A DNA stretch of 64,000 nt from NCBI RefSeq assembly GCF_057098645.1, contig NZ_CM169472.1, one strand, 5' to 3'. Below are positions 24,101 through 35,110 of this stretch, in pieces. The position numbers and the translations under genes were made by a program. Numbering within the stretch: position 1 is the stretch's first letter; every line of letters starts with the position of its first letter. The notes beneath the pieces are model-generated. The model was given only the letters and a program-made list of their open reading frames with translations. It searched no databases and had not been told where the DNA came from.

Positions 24101-26116
24101 TTCGCGAATCAGGCGCACCTGCAATCCCGACACGGCTTTTTTCACGCCTTGCGCATCGCTATAAACGATGTCAAAAGCGGCGTTACTGCCTTCATCAACA
24201 ATGGGCTGTTTCACCGTGCTGTCAGTGCGATAATCGTAAACCGATTTCGAGGCGAACTGCGGACGGAGCCCCGGCAATGCATCGGCAGGCCAGATAGCCT
24301 GCTCAGCGCGGCGCGTCACCGGGCGACCGCCCGATTCCAGCAAACTGCCCTGGAAAATAACCTGCAATGGGGAATGCGTTTCCTTCCACTGGCTTTCTGT
24401 AGAAACTTCGCCGCGCCCTTTATCATCCAGCGTCAACTGAACTTCATCCAGCGTGCGGGAAAGGTTTTCGGCAGCTATATCGCCGAATTCAAAACCAGGT
24501 AAGGCTGACACAGCCTCACGCAGTGGGCGCAGGAAAAGTTGCCCTTGCAAAGTATTACCATTAGCAGGCGCACCGTACAGGTAGTATCCCACCACGGAGA
24601 ATTTCACTTCATCATTCGGCGTAAGCGGGGTTTTCTCACCGGTCAGATTCAGCGCCATACGCTCTGGCATAAAATCTTCGACGTGGAAATCCCACATCCG
24701 ATACTGATTATCGCCCGTGTTAGCGCGAATATGCCACATACCGGTTGCCGCATTGCTATCGAGTGGCCAGGTAAAGTGGTAGAGGCCATTTTCCGGCTGA
24801 CTAACGACGCTCCTGAGTACCTGCCCATCGGGTTTAATCACGTCTAACTTGATGGGTTGATTGGGCAACGCTTTACCGTCTGCATCACGCAGCAAACCAT
24901 TGAGGATTACCGTTTCACCCGGGCGATAAAGATCGCGCGGGCCAAACATGAAAAACTGTTTGCTATAGCCTGGCGCGCCAGCAATGTTAAATTCTGCTAA
25001 GTCCAGCGCCGGAAGTTTTAAATCGAGTAGCGTTGTCTGACCGTCTTTACGTGCCAGCAATAATGCGGCGTTTTTATCATTTTCCAGCTGCACATGCCCC
25101 TGAGCGTCACTGGTTGCCTGAGTCAGAGTCTGCCCTTTCTCATTTAATAAAGAGACTTCAATTCCTTGCTGGGCCGCGCCGTTTTCCAGACTTTGGGTAA
25201 AGATATCCAGACGATTGTGATAACGGTGAGCTGAAACGCCGATATCACTTAACGTAAACAGCGTCGCGGGATTACTGTAATCGTAACGTCCAGCCTGATT
25301 CATCACAGCCAGATACACGCCCGCCTGCTGAAGCGGTTTGATATCGCCCAGCGGCAGCAATAATTTTTCACGGGTGTTACGCGCAGGATTGAGATCAAAC
25401 CGTCCGGTGTAGACCAGATCCGCCATCTGCAGCAGTTTGTCTGACTGCCAGTTCGCCAGCGAATTGCGGTATTCCCATTGGCTAATGAATGCTGGCAGAG
25501 ATTCTGGCTTAACGCGGAAGAAGTTAACATCGACATTATTAACGTTGAGCGCCATTACCGGCAGCCCTTCAACGACTTTACCAGGCAGCAGCGAACCACG
25601 GCTGGCAAAACCGACGCTGGGTTGGATGTCGCGGGTAGTTATAGTTTTTTCGTAATCTTTACTGAAGGTTGCGTTGTTGAGTGCTTTGACCTCCTTGCCA
25701 ATAGTAACGATCAAATCACGTTTCGGTTCGAGGTGGCGTAAACGCAGCTCTTTAAGATTATCTGACAGCTCCCAGGCACCATCCACTTTGCCGCTTTTTT
25801 TATCGACGACATGAATAACGCGTGAGAAATCCTGATCCGGGTCGAGAGGGATGGAGAACGTCAGCACCAGCGTGACTGCACCATCAAGTTGGACTTCAGA
25901 GAGATCCAGCAATGTCAGCGCCTTACCGGCACTCTGTTGTGCCAGTTTTTGTCGCTCCGGCACGGAGAGTTTTGCTGAACTCGCGTTTTCTGAAGAGGCC
26001 GCTTTAGTAACTTCAGAAGGCGCATCTTTTTTCACCGCTGTTGGCGCGTTATCGTTGTTGTCGCACCCTGCCAGCGCCAGCATTAGCATGCAGGCGGCTA
26101 CGCGTAACTTTTTCAT
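21155..26116 (-). CDS. yfhM: Alpha-2-macroglobulin family lipoprotein YfhM
   Basis: 1,653-aa ORF with lipoprotein signal (LALAGC). Confidence 0.95.
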   Translation of the reverse strand: MKKLRVAACMLMLALAGCDNNDNAPTAVKKDAPSEVTKAASSENASSAKLSVPERQKLAQQSAGKALTLLDLSEVQLDGAVTLVLTFSIPLDPDQDFSRVIHVVDKKSGKVDGAWELSDNLKELRLRHLEPKRDLIVTIGKEVKALNNATFSKDYEKTITTRDIQPSVGFASRGSLLPGKVVEGLPVMALNVNNVDVNFFRVKPESLPAFISQWEYRNSLANWQSDKLLQMADLVYTGRFDLNPARNTREKLLLPLGDIKPLQQAGVYLAVMNQAGRYDYSNPATLFTLSDIGVSAHRYHNRLDIFTQSLENGAAQQGIEVSLLNEKGQTLTQATSDAQGHVQLENDKNAALLLARKDGQTTLLDLKLPALDLAEFNIAGAPGYSKQFFMFGPRDLYRPGETVILNGLLRDADGKALPNQPIKLDVIKPDGQVLRSVVSQPENGLYHFTWPLDSNAATGMWHIRANTGDNQYRMWDFHVEDFMPERMALNLTGEKTPLTPNDEVKFSVVGYYLYGAPANGNTLQGQLFLRPLREAVSALPGFEFGDIAAENLSRTLDEVQLTLDDKGRGEVSTESQWKETHSPLQVIFQGSLLESGGRPVTRRAEQAIWPADALPGLRPQFASKSVYDYRTDSTVKQPIVDEGSNAAFDIVYSDAQGVKKAVSGLQVRLIRERRDYYWNWSEDEGWQSQFDQKDLIENEQTLDLKADETGKVSFPVEWGAYRLEVKAPNEAVSSVRFWAGYSWQDNSDGSGAVRPDRVTLKLDKASYRPGDTIKLHIAAPTAGKGYAMVESSEGPLWWQEIDVPAQGLDLTIPVDKTWNRHDLYLSTLVVRPGDKSRSATPKRAVGVLHLPLGDENRRLDLALETPAKMRPNQPLTVKIKARTKNGEKPKQVNVLVSAVDSGVLNITDYVMPDPWQAFFGQKRYGADIYDIYGQVIEGQGRLAALRFGGDGDELKRGGKPPVNHVNIVAQQALPVTLNEQGEGSVTLPIGDFNGELRVMAQAWTADDFGSNESKVIVAAPVIAELNMPRFMASGDTSRLTLDITNLTDKPQKLNVALTASGLLELVSDSPAAVELAPGVRTTLFIPVRALPGYGDGEIQATISGLALPGETVADQHKQWKIGVRPAFPAQTVNYGTALQPGETWAIPADGLQNFSPVTLEGQLLLSGKPPLNIARYIKELKAYPYGCLEQTASGLFPSLYTNAAQLQALGIKGDSDEKRRASVDIGISRLLQMQRDNGGFALWDKNGDEEYWLTAYVMDFLVRAGEQGYSVPTDAINRGNERLLRYLQDPGMMSIPYADNLKASKFAVQSYAALVLARQQKAPLGALREIWEHRADAASGLPLLQLGVALKTMGDATRGEEAIVLALKTPRNSDERIWLGDYGSPLRDNALMLSLLEENKLLPDEQYTLLNTLSQQAFGERWLSTQESNALFLAARTIQDLPGKWQAQTSFSAEPLTGEKAQNSNLNSDQLATLQVSNSGDQPLWLRVDASGYPQSAPLPVNNVLQIERHILGTDGKSKSLDSLRSGDLVLVWLQVKASNSVPDALVVDLLPAGLELENQNLANGSASLEQSGGEVQNLLNQMQQASIKHIEFRDDRFVAAVAVDEYQPVTLVYLARAVTPGTYQVPQPMVESMYVPQWRATGAAEDLLIVRP

Positions 26117-26322
26117 TTTTCATCCCTGCCACAATGGCCCGTTAGCAACGTCGAATAATTATTATGCGTGAGAATTTACGTTATGTAATTCAGTATCACG
26201 CCCATACAATCCGAATTTTAGTGAGAATTGTGGCTCAGACAGCCAAATCAGCCTCTTTTGCTTGTCGCTTTTCACTAAACATCCGACAATTTAGCCTAAC
26301 CCCGGCAAAAATGGAGATGCCT

Positions 26323-27168
26323 ATGTCCACGACATGGTTTGTAGGAGCCGACTGGCTCGCCGAACATATTGATGACCCGGAAATTCAGATTATCGATGCC
26401 CGCATGGCGTCGCCTGGACAGGAGGATCGTAACGTTGCTCAGGAGTATCTGAATGGACATATTCCCGGCGCAGTGTTTTTTGATATCGAAGCGCTTTCTG
26501 ATCACACTTCCCCGCTTCCGCACATGCTGCCGCGCCCGGAAACGTTCGCCGTGGCGATGCGTGAATTAGGCGTTAACCAGGATAAGCACCTGATTGTCTA
26601 TGACGAAGGTAATCTTTTCTCAGCCCCACGAGCATGGTGGATGCTGCGCACCTTTGGTGTAGAGAAAGTGTCGATTCTGGGGGGTGGACTTGCAGGCTGG
26701 CAGCGCGATGATCTGTTGTTAGAAGAAGGTGCAGTAGAGCTGCCGGAAGGAGAGTTTAACGCCGCGTTTAATCCTGAAGCAGTGGTGAAAGTAACCGATG
26801 TGTTATTGGCAAGCCATGAAAATACGGCGCAAATTATTGATGCCCGCCCGGCTGCACGTTTTAACGCAGAAGTTGATGAACCTCGCCCAGGTTTACGTCG
26901 CGGACATATTCCCGGTGCATTGAACGTTCCGTGGACGGAACTGGTGCGCGAAGGCGAACTAAAAACGACCGATGAACTGGATGCGATATTTTTTGGTCGC
27001 GGCGTCAGCTATGACAAACCGATTATCGTCAGCTGCGGCTCTGGTGTAACAGCAGCCGTGGTTTTGTTGGCACTCGCGACGCTGGATGTGCCAAACGTGA
27101 AACTGTACGACGGCGCATGGAGTGAATGGGGCGCGCGGGCAGATTTACCGGTTGAGCCATTGAAATAA
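26323..27168 (+). CDS. sseA: 3-mercaptopyruvate sulfurtransferase SseA
   Basis: Track ORF trimmed to MSTTWFVGADWL with SD ggag; 281 aa. Confidence 0.93.
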   Translation: MSTTWFVGADWLAEHIDDPEIQIIDARMASPGQEDRNVAQEYLNGHIPGAVFFDIEALSDHTSPLPHMLPRPETFAVAMRELGVNQDKHLIVYDEGNLFSAPRAWWMLRTFGVEKVSILGGGLAGWQRDDLLLEEGAVELPEGEFNAAFNPEAVVKVTDVLLASHENTAQIIDARPAARFNAEVDEPRPGLRRGHIPGALNVPWTELVREGELKTTDELDAIFFGRGVSYDKPIIVSCGSGVTAAVVLLALATLDVPNVKLYDGAWSEWGARADLPVEPLK

Positions 27169-27184
27169 GCTTTTTACAGGCAAT

Positions 27185-27215
27185 AAAAAACCGCCGAATT
27201 TGGCGGTTTTTTATT
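27185..27215 (+). terminator. Rho-independent terminator after sseA
   Basis: aaaaaaccgccgaatttggcggtttttt: GC stem flanked by A and T runs. Confidence 0.8.
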
Positions 27216-27229
27216 GCTGGTCTGGTTCG

Positions 27230-27540
27230 CGGCCTTTCCAGCAGGTTGACTTGTGTTGCCGGAGCAACGCAGGCACCCCACAGTGTTGAAATACTCTCTT
27301 TTATGCCTGGCTATGTCAAGATAATAAACAGAGTAATTATTCAAACATGAGAGTATTATTCGTGACGGCCCTTTTCGCCGTCTCGCAAACGGGCGCTGGC
27401 TTTAGGAAAGGATGTTCTATGACCGTAAATGCAGGCACCCCACAGCGCTTGCTATCGCGGCAATATCGCCAGTGGTGCTGTCGTGACGCGGTCTTCGCAT
27501 GGACCGCACAATGAAGATACGGTGCTTTTGTATCGTACTT
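27230..27540 (+). ncRNA. ryfA: RyfA-family RNA region (boundaries approximate)
   Basis: sseA-sseB intergenic location where ryfA is annotated in E. coli; contains a 15-nt direct repeat and small ORFs. Confidence 0.35.
27419..27514 (+). CDS. Small upstream ORF (31 aa), translationally coupled to the next small ORF
   Basis: SD aggaaagga 6-7 nt upstream of ATG 27419; stop TGA overlaps the next ATG (ATGA at 27511-27514). Confidence 0.3.
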   Translation: MTVNAGTPQRLLSRQYRQWCCRDAVFAWTAQ

Positions 27541-27636
27541 ATTGTTTCTGGTGCGCTGTTAACCGAGGTAAATAATAACCAGAGTCTCTCCGGCAACAAT
27601 TTACTGGTGGTTAACAACCTTCAGAACAGCAGGTAA
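27511..27636 (+). CDS. Small hydrophobic protein (41 aa), candidate TimP-like membrane toxin
   Basis: MKIRCFCIVLIVSGALLTEVNNNQSLSGNNLLVVNNLQNSR; hydrophobic N-terminus; stop followed 8 nt later by a terminator hairpin. Confidence 0.4.
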   Translation: MKIRCFCIVLIVSGALLTEVNNNQSLSGNNLLVVNNLQNSR

Positions 27637-27643
27637 GCCCGAA

Positions 27644-27670
27644 TGCCGCCCTTTGGGGCGGCATATTTTA
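27644..27670. terminator. Hairpin shared by the convergent small-ORF transcript and sseB
   Basis: 8-bp stem tgccgccc/gggcggca, loop tttg, followed by tatttta on plus strand. Confidence 0.55.
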
Positions 27671-28444
27671 GATTATCCGGTTCTGTTTAAAGTCACGCAA
27701 AAAACCACCCCAACGACGTTCATAGAATGGCGCAATATGTTCGGTAATAAAGTGGCTAATTCCTTTTTCCCCTTTTTTCACCTGACAAATATCGATTGGT
27801 TCATCGGCAGGTAATGTATCGGTCGCTACACTTCCCGCCGCCTGAATAATTTCTTCGACATCACCATCGGCTTCAATGCCAATAAGTAAATTAGGCTGTG
27901 CCTCTTCGTTCTCTTTAATTGAACATATAAAAGCACGCTTCACCGGCTTAATAGTTTTAAATAAGGTGGTGAGTGAATCAATCATTTGTGCTGGCGGCTC
28001 TGCGACTTCCGATAATATCAGCGATTCACCGCCTTCCAGGATTTCCTGGCTGCTCAGCGGATTTCCCTCTTCACCAATCAACAAACTGATTTCACGCGGC
28101 ATAAATTCTTTACCGGTCGGCAGTTTGGCATTAAGGAAGAGCGTTTCGCCAAGGGTCATCTCAAACAATGTGCGAACGGGCATTACGACAAATGCCTGTT
28201 CGTCTTCAACCGCCTGTTGAAGTGCTTCTAACGAGGTAAAAAAAGGAATGACGCTGGTGCCGTCTTCTTTTTCCCAGTGCTGTAAATCAAGCGCGCTATC
28301 TTCAACCACAGCCTCGCCCTGCGCCGCCGTACCAGGCACCCAGACGGTGGATTCCAGTAGAGTACGGAAAAAGGCCGGGCGGTGCGCCGGTTCGGTTGCT
28401 GCTTTTTCCAGCAGGTCTTCAAGTTCATTTTTTGTTTCGGACAT
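27668..28444 (-). CDS. sseB: SseB (enhanced serine sensitivity protein)
   Basis: Track ORF trimmed to MSETKNELEDLL; 258 aa. Confidence 0.9.
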   Translation of the reverse strand: MSETKNELEDLLEKAATEPAHRPAFFRTLLESTVWVPGTAAQGEAVVEDSALDLQHWEKEDGTSVIPFFTSLEALQQAVEDEQAFVVMPVRTLFEMTLGETLFLNAKLPTGKEFMPREISLLIGEEGNPLSSQEILEGGESLILSEVAEPPAQMIDSLTTLFKTIKPVKRAFICSIKENEEAQPNLLIGIEADGDVEEIIQAAGSVATDTLPADEPIDICQVKKGEKGISHFITEHIAPFYERRWGGFLRDFKQNRII

Positions 28445-28480
28445 AAGAACCACAATTCATTCAACGTTCGGGGCACAAGT

Positions 28481-28579
<99 letters not shown>

Positions 28580-28586
28580 TATTAGT

Positions 28587-29870
28587 TTACGCCGTTAACA
28601 GATTAGCAATCGTGCGCACACCAAGTCCCGTAGCACCCGCAGACCACTGTTCAACCGGCGCTTTACGGTAAGTCGCCGAGCAGTCGATATGCAGCCAGCC
28701 TTGCTGATAGTTCTCAACAAAGTGCGACAGGAAGCCCGCCGCCGTGCTCGCGCCTGCCGGATACGCCGCGCTTCCGGTATTGTTCAGTTCGGCAAAGTTA
28801 GACGGCAGCTGGCTGCGGTGGAACTCCGCCAGCGGCAGACGCCAGAATGGTTCGTTCTCTTGTGAGGCACTCGCCAGCAAACGACCGGCCAGCGCATCGT
28901 CAAAACTGAACAGCGCATGATAATCATTACCCAGCGCGGTTTTCGCCGCCCCGGTGAGGGTCGCCGCATCAATGATCAGTTCCGGTTTCTGCGCACTGGC
29001 ATCAATCAGGCCATCGGCAAGCACCAGACGCCCTTCGGCATCAGTGTTCATCACTTCAACTTTTTTACCGTTGCGATAGGTGATGATATCGCCCAGCTTG
29101 AACGCATTACCGCTAATCAGGTTATCCGCACAGCAGAGGAACAGCTTCACGCGCTTGTTCAGTCCGCGCGTAATGGCAAATGCCAGCGCCCCGGTAACCG
29201 TTGCCGCGCCGCCCATGTCCGACTTCATCGAGTCCATAAACGCAGTCTGTTTGATGCTGTAGCCGCCGGAGTCAAAAGTGATACCTTTACCGACCAGGCA
29301 CGCGTACACTGGCGCTTCTTTATCGCCAGTTGGGTTGTAATCCAGCGCCAGCAATACCGGAGAACGTTCTGAACCGCGTCCGACGGTGTGCAGCCCCATA
29401 TAACCTTGCTCACGCAGATCTTCGCCTTTGGTGATCCGATAAGTCACACGATCGCCCGCGACGTTGCTGATCAGATCAACAGCACGCTGTGCCAGTTGCG
29501 ATGGTCCCAATTCTTCTGCCGGTGCGTTGATGGTGTCACGCACCCAGTCGATGATCATCAGGCGGTTATCCAGTTCCTGGCGCTGGGCATCGTCCAGATC
29601 CGGCCACTCCACTTTACGCGTGCCTTTCGGGGCTTTGTAACCTTGCCAGAATGCCCAGCAGCGATCCACATCCCAGCCTTCACCGCTTAGCTGAACATGT
29701 TTGATGCCCAGACCGTCAATCTTGCGCGCCGCACGCTGGATCAGCCCCAGATCGTCTGCCCCGTTCAAATGCAGGATAATGCCGTCATTATTAATGCTGT
29801 AAGTTGCTTTTTCTCCCCAGCGCGCGTCGGCAGGTTGGGTAGAGAGGGTAATCTTCATCGCTTCTGTCAT
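28587..29870 (-). CDS. pepB: Peptidase B (M17 aminopeptidase)
   Basis: Track ORF trimmed to [18 protein letters not shown]; 427 aa; NTDAEGRL motif. Confidence 0.93.
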   Translation of the reverse strand: MTEAMKITLSTQPADARWGEKATYSINNDGIILHLNGADDLGLIQRAARKIDGLGIKHVQLSGEGWDVDRCWAFWQGYKAPKGTRKVEWPDLDDAQRQELDNRLMIIDWVRDTINAPAEELGPSQLAQRAVDLISNVAGDRVTYRITKGEDLREQGYMGLHTVGRGSERSPVLLALDYNPTGDKEAPVYACLVGKGITFDSGGYSIKQTAFMDSMKSDMGGAATVTGALAFAITRGLNKRVKLFLCCADNLISGNAFKLGDIITYRNGKKVEVMNTDAEGRLVLADGLIDASAQKPELIIDAATLTGAAKTALGNDYHALFSFDDALAGRLLASASQENEPFWRLPLAEFHRSQLPSNFAELNNTGSAAYPAGASTAAGFLSHFVENYQQGWLHIDCSATYRKAPVEQWSAGATGLGVRTIANLLTA

Positions 29871-30114
29871 TTTAGTTATCCTTCTTTGTAAAAGGGCCGC
29901 CAGTTGGCAGCCCCAGGATTTTTCCGCTAAATGATTCGCGTTGCAGGACAAAACGCATTGCGTTTTGAACAGCGCTTGCGCTGGCCCCGGAGGGGTGAGG
30001 CCAAAAGGCCGAATCACGTGGCAAGTGAGTGAAGCCCCAGGAGCATAGATAACTATGTGACTGGGGTGAACGAGCGCAGCCAACGCATCTGCGGCGTGAA
30101 GCATGACGCGGAAA

Positions 30115-30315
30115 TTATTCGGCTTCGTCCAGCCAGACTAACAAAATCGCTTCGAGGATTTTCTCGTTGGATGCCTGCGGGTCGTCGTCGAAATCTTCCA
30201 GATCGCAAATCCACTGATGCATATCGGTGAATCGAACCGTTTTCGGATCAAGATCGGGATACGCATCGTACAGTGCTTCGCCAATTTCGCGGCTATCGGT
30301 CCACTTAAGTCCCAT
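30115..30315 (-). CDS. iscX: IscX (YfhJ)
   Basis: 66-aa acidic ORF at the end of the isc operon. Confidence 0.9.
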
Positions 30316-30326
30316 ACTAACCTCTG

Positions 30327-30662
30327 TTAATGCTCACGCGCATGGTTGATAGTGTAACGCGGGATTTCGACCACTAAATCTTCGTCGGTGACGCGCGCCT
30401 GGCAGCTTAAACGGCTTTCCGGCTCCAGTCCCCAGGCTTTGTCCAGCATGTCGTCTTCCTGCTCTGAGCTTTCCGGCAGTGAGTCAAAACCTTCACGAAC
30501 GATGCAGTGGCAGGTGGTGCAAGCACAGGATTTTTCACAGGCGTGTTCAATCTCGATACCGTTACGCAGCGCTGCGTCGAGAATGGTTTCACCGCTATTA
30601 GCTTCCAGAACAGCGCCATCAGGACAGAGATCCTGATGAGGCAAAATAACAATCTTTGGCAT
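30327..30662 (-). CDS. fdx: [2Fe-2S] ferredoxin
   Basis: 111-aa ORF with Cys cluster ([12 protein letters not shown]). Confidence 0.95.
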
Positions 30663-30663
30663 A

Positions 30664-32514
30664 TTAAACCTCGTCCACGGAATGGCCTTTCAGCGCACGA
30701 CGAACCGACTGGTCCATGCGGCGAGCGGCGAAATCCTGGGTTTGTTTGTCTACGTTTTTAATCGCTTGTTCGATGGCGTCAATATCATCGCCCTGCGCCA
30801 CTTCACTCAGGTGAGCGGCAGCATCGTCAATGACCTGACGTTCTGCGGCGCTTAACAGCGCGGCATCAGCAACCAGCGCGCCGTGCAGACTTTCCAGCAC
30901 ACGCGCCGCTTCTACTTTTTGTTCTGCCAGCATTCGGGCTTTTACGTCCTGCTCGGCATAGCTCATTGAGTCTTTGATCATCGAAGCGATTTCGCTATCG
31001 GTCAGACCGTAAGACGGTTTGACCTGAATAGACGCCTCAACGCCGGTGGATTTCTCCATCGCCGTCACGCTCAAAAGACCGTCGGCATCGACCTGGAACG
31101 TCACGCGAATATGCGCACCGCCAGCCGGTAGCGCCGGAATACCACGCAGCGCAAAACGCGCCAGTGAGCGGCAGTCCTGCACCAGTTCGCGCTCACCCTG
31201 CATTACATGGATAGACATCGCCGTCTGACCATCTTTAAAGGTGGTGAAATCCTGAGCGCGGGCCACCGGAATAGTGGTATTACGCGGAATCACTTTCTCC
31301 ACCAGGCCGCCCATCGTTTCGAGGCCCAGCGACAGTGGGATCACATCAAGCAACAGCATTTCGCTGTCTGGCTTGTTACCCACCAGAATATCCGCCTGAA
31401 TCGCTGCGCCAATAGCGACGACTTTATCCGGGTCGATGGAAGTCAGCGGTGGACGACCGAAAAATTCGCCTACCCGTTCACGCACCAGCGGCACGCGAGT
31501 AGAACCGCCCACCATCACCACTTCCAGTACTTCGTCAGCCTCAACACCCGCATCTTTCAGCGCGCGACGACAAGCCAGTAAGGTTCGTTTTACCAGTGGC
31601 GCGATCAGTTCATTGAATTGTTCACGGCTGATTTCGCCCTGCCAGCCCGCAACGTTAACGGTCACGGAGTCCGCATCGCTCAGCGCGATTTTGGCTGCAA
31701 TGGCGGCATCCAGCAGTTCACGCTGAACGCGGTTATCGCTACGATCAGGAATGCCCGCCTGCTCGCGAATGTAATCCGCCAGCAGATGGTCGAAATCATC
31801 GCCGCCGAGCGCGGAATCACCGCCGGTTGCCAGCACTTCAAACACGCCGCGACTTAAGCGCAGAATGGAAATATCAAACGTCCCGCCACCGAGGTCATAA
31901 ACGGCGATCACGCCTTCCTGACCGGAATCCAGCCCGTAGGCGATAGCCGCGGCGGTCGGTTCGTTAAGTAAGCGCAGGACGTGAAGGCCCGCCAGACGCG
32001 CCGCGTCTTTGGTGCCCTGACGCTGGGCATCGTCAAAGTACGCCGGAACGGTGATAACTACACCATCCAGCTCGCCTGCCAGGGCTTCAGTTGCCCGCGC
32101 CGCCAGTGCTTTGAGGATGTCCGCAGAAACGCGCACCGGGTTCAGCAGCCCCGCCGCCGTTTCAATCATCGGCAGGCCGTTTTCGCTGGCCTGGAATTGA
32201 TAAGGCAGATGCGGATAGCGTTGCTGGATATCAGCCAGCGAGCGTCCCATCAGGCGTTTAACAGAACTAATTGTGTTGGCGGTATCGAGCGCTGCATTAG
32301 TACGCGCGTCATAACCCACCGAATGCCCTTGCTGTTGATAGTGAACAACAGATGGCAGCAGGTGACGGCCTTCATGGTCGGCTAACGTTTCGGCCTGACC
32401 GCTGCGCACTGTCGCCACCAGCGAGTTGGTTGTGCCCAGGTCAATACCGGCCGCCAGACGACGCTGATGCGGCGCAGCACTCAAACCAGGTTCACTAATT
32501 TGTAATAAGGCCAT
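30664..32514 (-). CDS. hscA: Fe-S cluster chaperone HscA (Hsp70 family)
   Basis: Trimmed to [10 protein letters not shown]; 616 aa; DLGTTNS motif. Confidence 0.95.
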   Translation of the reverse strand: MALLQISEPGLSAAPHQRRLAAGIDLGTTNSLVATVRSGQAETLADHEGRHLLPSVVHYQQQGHSVGYDARTNAALDTANTISSVKRLMGRSLADIQQRYPHLPYQFQASENGLPMIETAAGLLNPVRVSADILKALAARATEALAGELDGVVITVPAYFDDAQRQGTKDAARLAGLHVLRLLNEPTAAAIAYGLDSGQEGVIAVYDLGGGTFDISILRLSRGVFEVLATGGDSALGGDDFDHLLADYIREQAGIPDRSDNRVQRELLDAAIAAKIALSDADSVTVNVAGWQGEISREQFNELIAPLVKRTLLACRRALKDAGVEADEVLEVVMVGGSTRVPLVRERVGEFFGRPPLTSIDPDKVVAIGAAIQADILVGNKPDSEMLLLDVIPLSLGLETMGGLVEKVIPRNTTIPVARAQDFTTFKDGQTAMSIHVMQGERELVQDCRSLARFALRGIPALPAGGAHIRVTFQVDADGLLSVTAMEKSTGVEASIQVKPSYGLTDSEIASMIKDSMSYAEQDVKARMLAEQKVEAARVLESLHGALVADAALLSAAERQVIDDAAAHLSEVAQGDDIDAIEQAIKNVDKQTQDFAARRMDQSVRRALKGHSVDEV

Positions 32515-32530
32515 GTTTAGCTTCCAGAAA

Positions 32531-33046
32531 TTAAAAATCGAGCAGTTTTTCTTCGAGTTGTTCGGCACTGCTTCGCAGTTTATCGAGAAAACGCAGCTTA
32601 CGCACGGTATCCGCCGCCGCGTCCCACGTCTCGTTGTCTAACTGTTCAACCATCAACTGATGGCGGGTATCAAACATCTTTTTCACACGTTTGATAAAGC
32701 TTTCCAGCCGCGCTTCATCTTTCGCCTGTTCGATCTCGTCCAGCTCTTCGCGCAGCTCCAACTGTTCCATCAGGAACGCGGTGTCGCGCACAGTATGCTG
32801 CTCGCTGGCGAGATCAAAGCCGTGCAAAGAAAGCAAATATTCCGCGCGCATTAACGGATGACGCAGCGTTTGCCAGGCCTGGTTAATGGTTGCAGATTGC
32901 TGTACGGCGGCGAGTTGTTCCGCCTGGCTTCCGCTGGCGAATTTATCAGGATGATACTGACGTTGTAGATCCTGAAAACGCAGGCTCAGCGCCTGGGTAT
33001 CGAGTTGATAACGGGCAGGCAAGCCAAAGAGGGTGAAGTAATCCAT
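32531..33046 (-). CDS. hscB: Co-chaperone HscB (J-domain)
   Basis: 171-aa ORF with HPD motif. Confidence 0.95.
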   Translation of the reverse strand: MDYFTLFGLPARYQLDTQALSLRFQDLQRQYHPDKFASGSQAEQLAAVQQSATINQAWQTLRHPLMRAEYLLSLHGFDLASEQHTVRDTAFLMEQLELREELDEIEQAKDEARLESFIKRVKKMFDTRHQLMVEQLDNETWDAAADTVRKLRFLDKLRSSAEQLEEKLLDF

Positions 33047-33141
33047 AACATTCTCAGGGCTGCGATCCGCCGCGATAACGGCGAATCAGGTAAAACAAAC
33101 CCCACGCGCAGGCGACCACGGTGGGGTTATCGGTATGCGCA

Positions 33142-33465
33142 TCAAACGTGGAAGCTTTCGCCGCAACCACACTCATCTTTAACGTTCGGGTTGGTGAATT
33201 TAAACCCTTCGTTCAGGCCTTCTTTTACGAAGTCCAGCTGCGTACCGTCCAGAAATTGCAGGCTTTTGCCATCGACCACGACTTTCACGCCTTTGTCTTC
33301 AAACACGATGTCTTCCGGCGTCGGTTCGTCAACAAATTCCAGTACATAAGCCATACCTGAACACCCGGAGGTTCTCACGCCCAGACGCAGGCCAAACCCT
33401 TTACCGCGGTTAGCCAGAAAGGTATTTACTCGCGCTGCTGCACTGTCGCTCAGTGTAATCGACAT
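33142..33465 (-). CDS. iscA: Fe-S assembly protein IscA
   Basis: Trimmed to MSITLSD; 107 aa; C-terminal CGCGESF. Confidence 0.95.
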   Translation of the reverse strand: MSITLSDSAAARVNTFLANRGKGFGLRLGVRTSGCSGMAYVLEFVDEPTPEDIVFEDKGVKVVVDGKSLQFLDGTQLDFVKEGLNEGFKFTNPNVKDECGCGESFHV

Positions 33466-33481
33466 AACCAAACCTCAACTC

Positions 33482-33868
33482 TTATTTTGCTTCACGTTTG
33501 CTTTTATAGTCCGCAATGGCGGCTTTGATCGCGTCTTCTGCCAGAATAGAACAGTGAATTTTCACCGGCGGCAGTTCAAGTTCTTCAGCAATATCGGTGT
33601 TTTTGATCGCCTGCGCTTCGTCGAGAGACTTCCCTTTCACCCATTCGGTGACCAGGGAGCTGGAAGCGATAGCGGAACCGCAGCCGTAAGTTTTAAAACG
33701 CGCGTCTTCAATGATACCTTCATCGTTGACTTTAATCTGCAACTTCATCACGTCGCCACAGGCCGGTGCACCCACCATGCCGCTGCCGACGTTCTCGTCG
33801 TTGTTGTCAAAGGAACCCACGTTACGCGGATTCTCGTAATGGTCGATAACTTTTTCGCTGTAAGCCAT
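33482..33868 (-). CDS. iscU: Fe-S scaffold IscU
   Basis: 128-aa ORF; LPPVKIHCS motif. Confidence 0.97.
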   Translation of the reverse strand: MAYSEKVIDHYENPRNVGSFDNNDENVGSGMVGAPACGDVMKLQIKVNDEGIIEDARFKTYGCGSAIASSSLVTEWVKGKSLDEAQAIKNTDIAEELELPPVKIHCSILAEDAIKAAIADYKSKREAK

Positions 33869-33895
33869 TATAAATTCTCCTGATTCCGATACCGA

Positions 33896-35110
33896 TTAAT
33901 GATGAGCCCATTCGATGCTGTTCAGATCCACGCCCTGCTTGTACATTTCCCACAGCGGAGAAAGGTCACGCAGACGACCGATGGATTTACGAACTAACTC
34001 GATGGTGTAGTCGATCTCTTCTTCAGTAGTAAAACGACCTAAAGAGAAACGGATAGAGCTATGTGCCAGCTCGTCGTTCAGCCCCAGCGCGCGCAGCACG
34101 TAGGACGGTTCGAGGCTTGCTGACGTACAGGCGGAACCGGAAGAAACCGCGAGATCTTTCAGCGCCATAATCAGCGACTCACCTTCAACGTAGTTGAAGC
34201 TGACGTTGAGAATGTTCGGCGCACCGTGTTCCAGGTCACCGTTCAGGTAAACTTCTTCGATATCTTTGATGCCGTTCCACAGACGGTTACGCAGGCCGCG
34301 CAGACGTTCCATCTCGGTCGCCATCTCTTCTTTTGCGATGCGATAGGCTTCGCCCATTCCGACGATCTGGTGAACAGGCAGAGTGCCGGAACGCATACCG
34401 CGTTCGTGACCGCCGCCGTGCATTTGCGCTTCGATGCGTACGCGCGGTTTACGACGCACATACAGCGCACCGATACCTTTCGGGCCATAGATTTTGTGAC
34501 CGGAGAAAGACATCAGGTCAACTTTCAACTGGCTCAGGTCGATAGGCAGTTTGCCCACGCTCTGGGTTGCATCAACGTGATAGATAATGCCACGAGCACG
34601 GCACATTTCGCCGATAGCCGCAATATCCTGTACCACGCCGATTTCGTTATTCACGTGCATGATAGAAACGAGGATGGTGTCGTCACGCATCGCCGCTTCG
34701 AGTTCTTTCAGGTCGATAATACCGTTACGCTGCGGTGCCAGGTAGGTGACTTCGAAACCTTCGCGCTCCAGCTGACGGCAGGTATCCAGTACCGCTTTGT
34801 GTTCGGTTTTGCTGGTGATGATGTGCTTGCCTTTTTTCTGATAAAAGTTGGCTGCACCTTTGATCGCCAGGTTGTCAGATTCGGTTGCACCAGAGGTAAA
34901 GACGATTTCACGCGGATCAGCGCCGACCAGATCGGCAATCTGATTACGGGCGATATCTACCGCTTCTTCAGCCTGCCAGCCGAAACGGTGAGAACGGGAG
35001 GCCGGGTTACCAAAGGTTCCGTCCATCGTCATAAACTGCATCATTTTCTCGGCAACACGCGGGTCCACCGGCGTGGTTGCGGAGTAGTCGAGATAAATCG
35101 GTAATTTCAT
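33896..35110 (-). CDS. iscS: Cysteine desulfurase IscS
   Basis: Trimmed to [16 protein letters not shown]; 404 aa; SGHK PLP motif. Confidence 0.97.

Noticed and set aside
27417..27617. 66-aa minus-strand ORF in the ryfA region
   Set aside because: TTG start without SD, antisense to the better-supported plus-strand small ORFs and to the known orientation of ryfA; retained only as a possibility.
34226..35104. 292-aa plus-strand ORF
   Set aside because: Antisense to iscS; no independent support.
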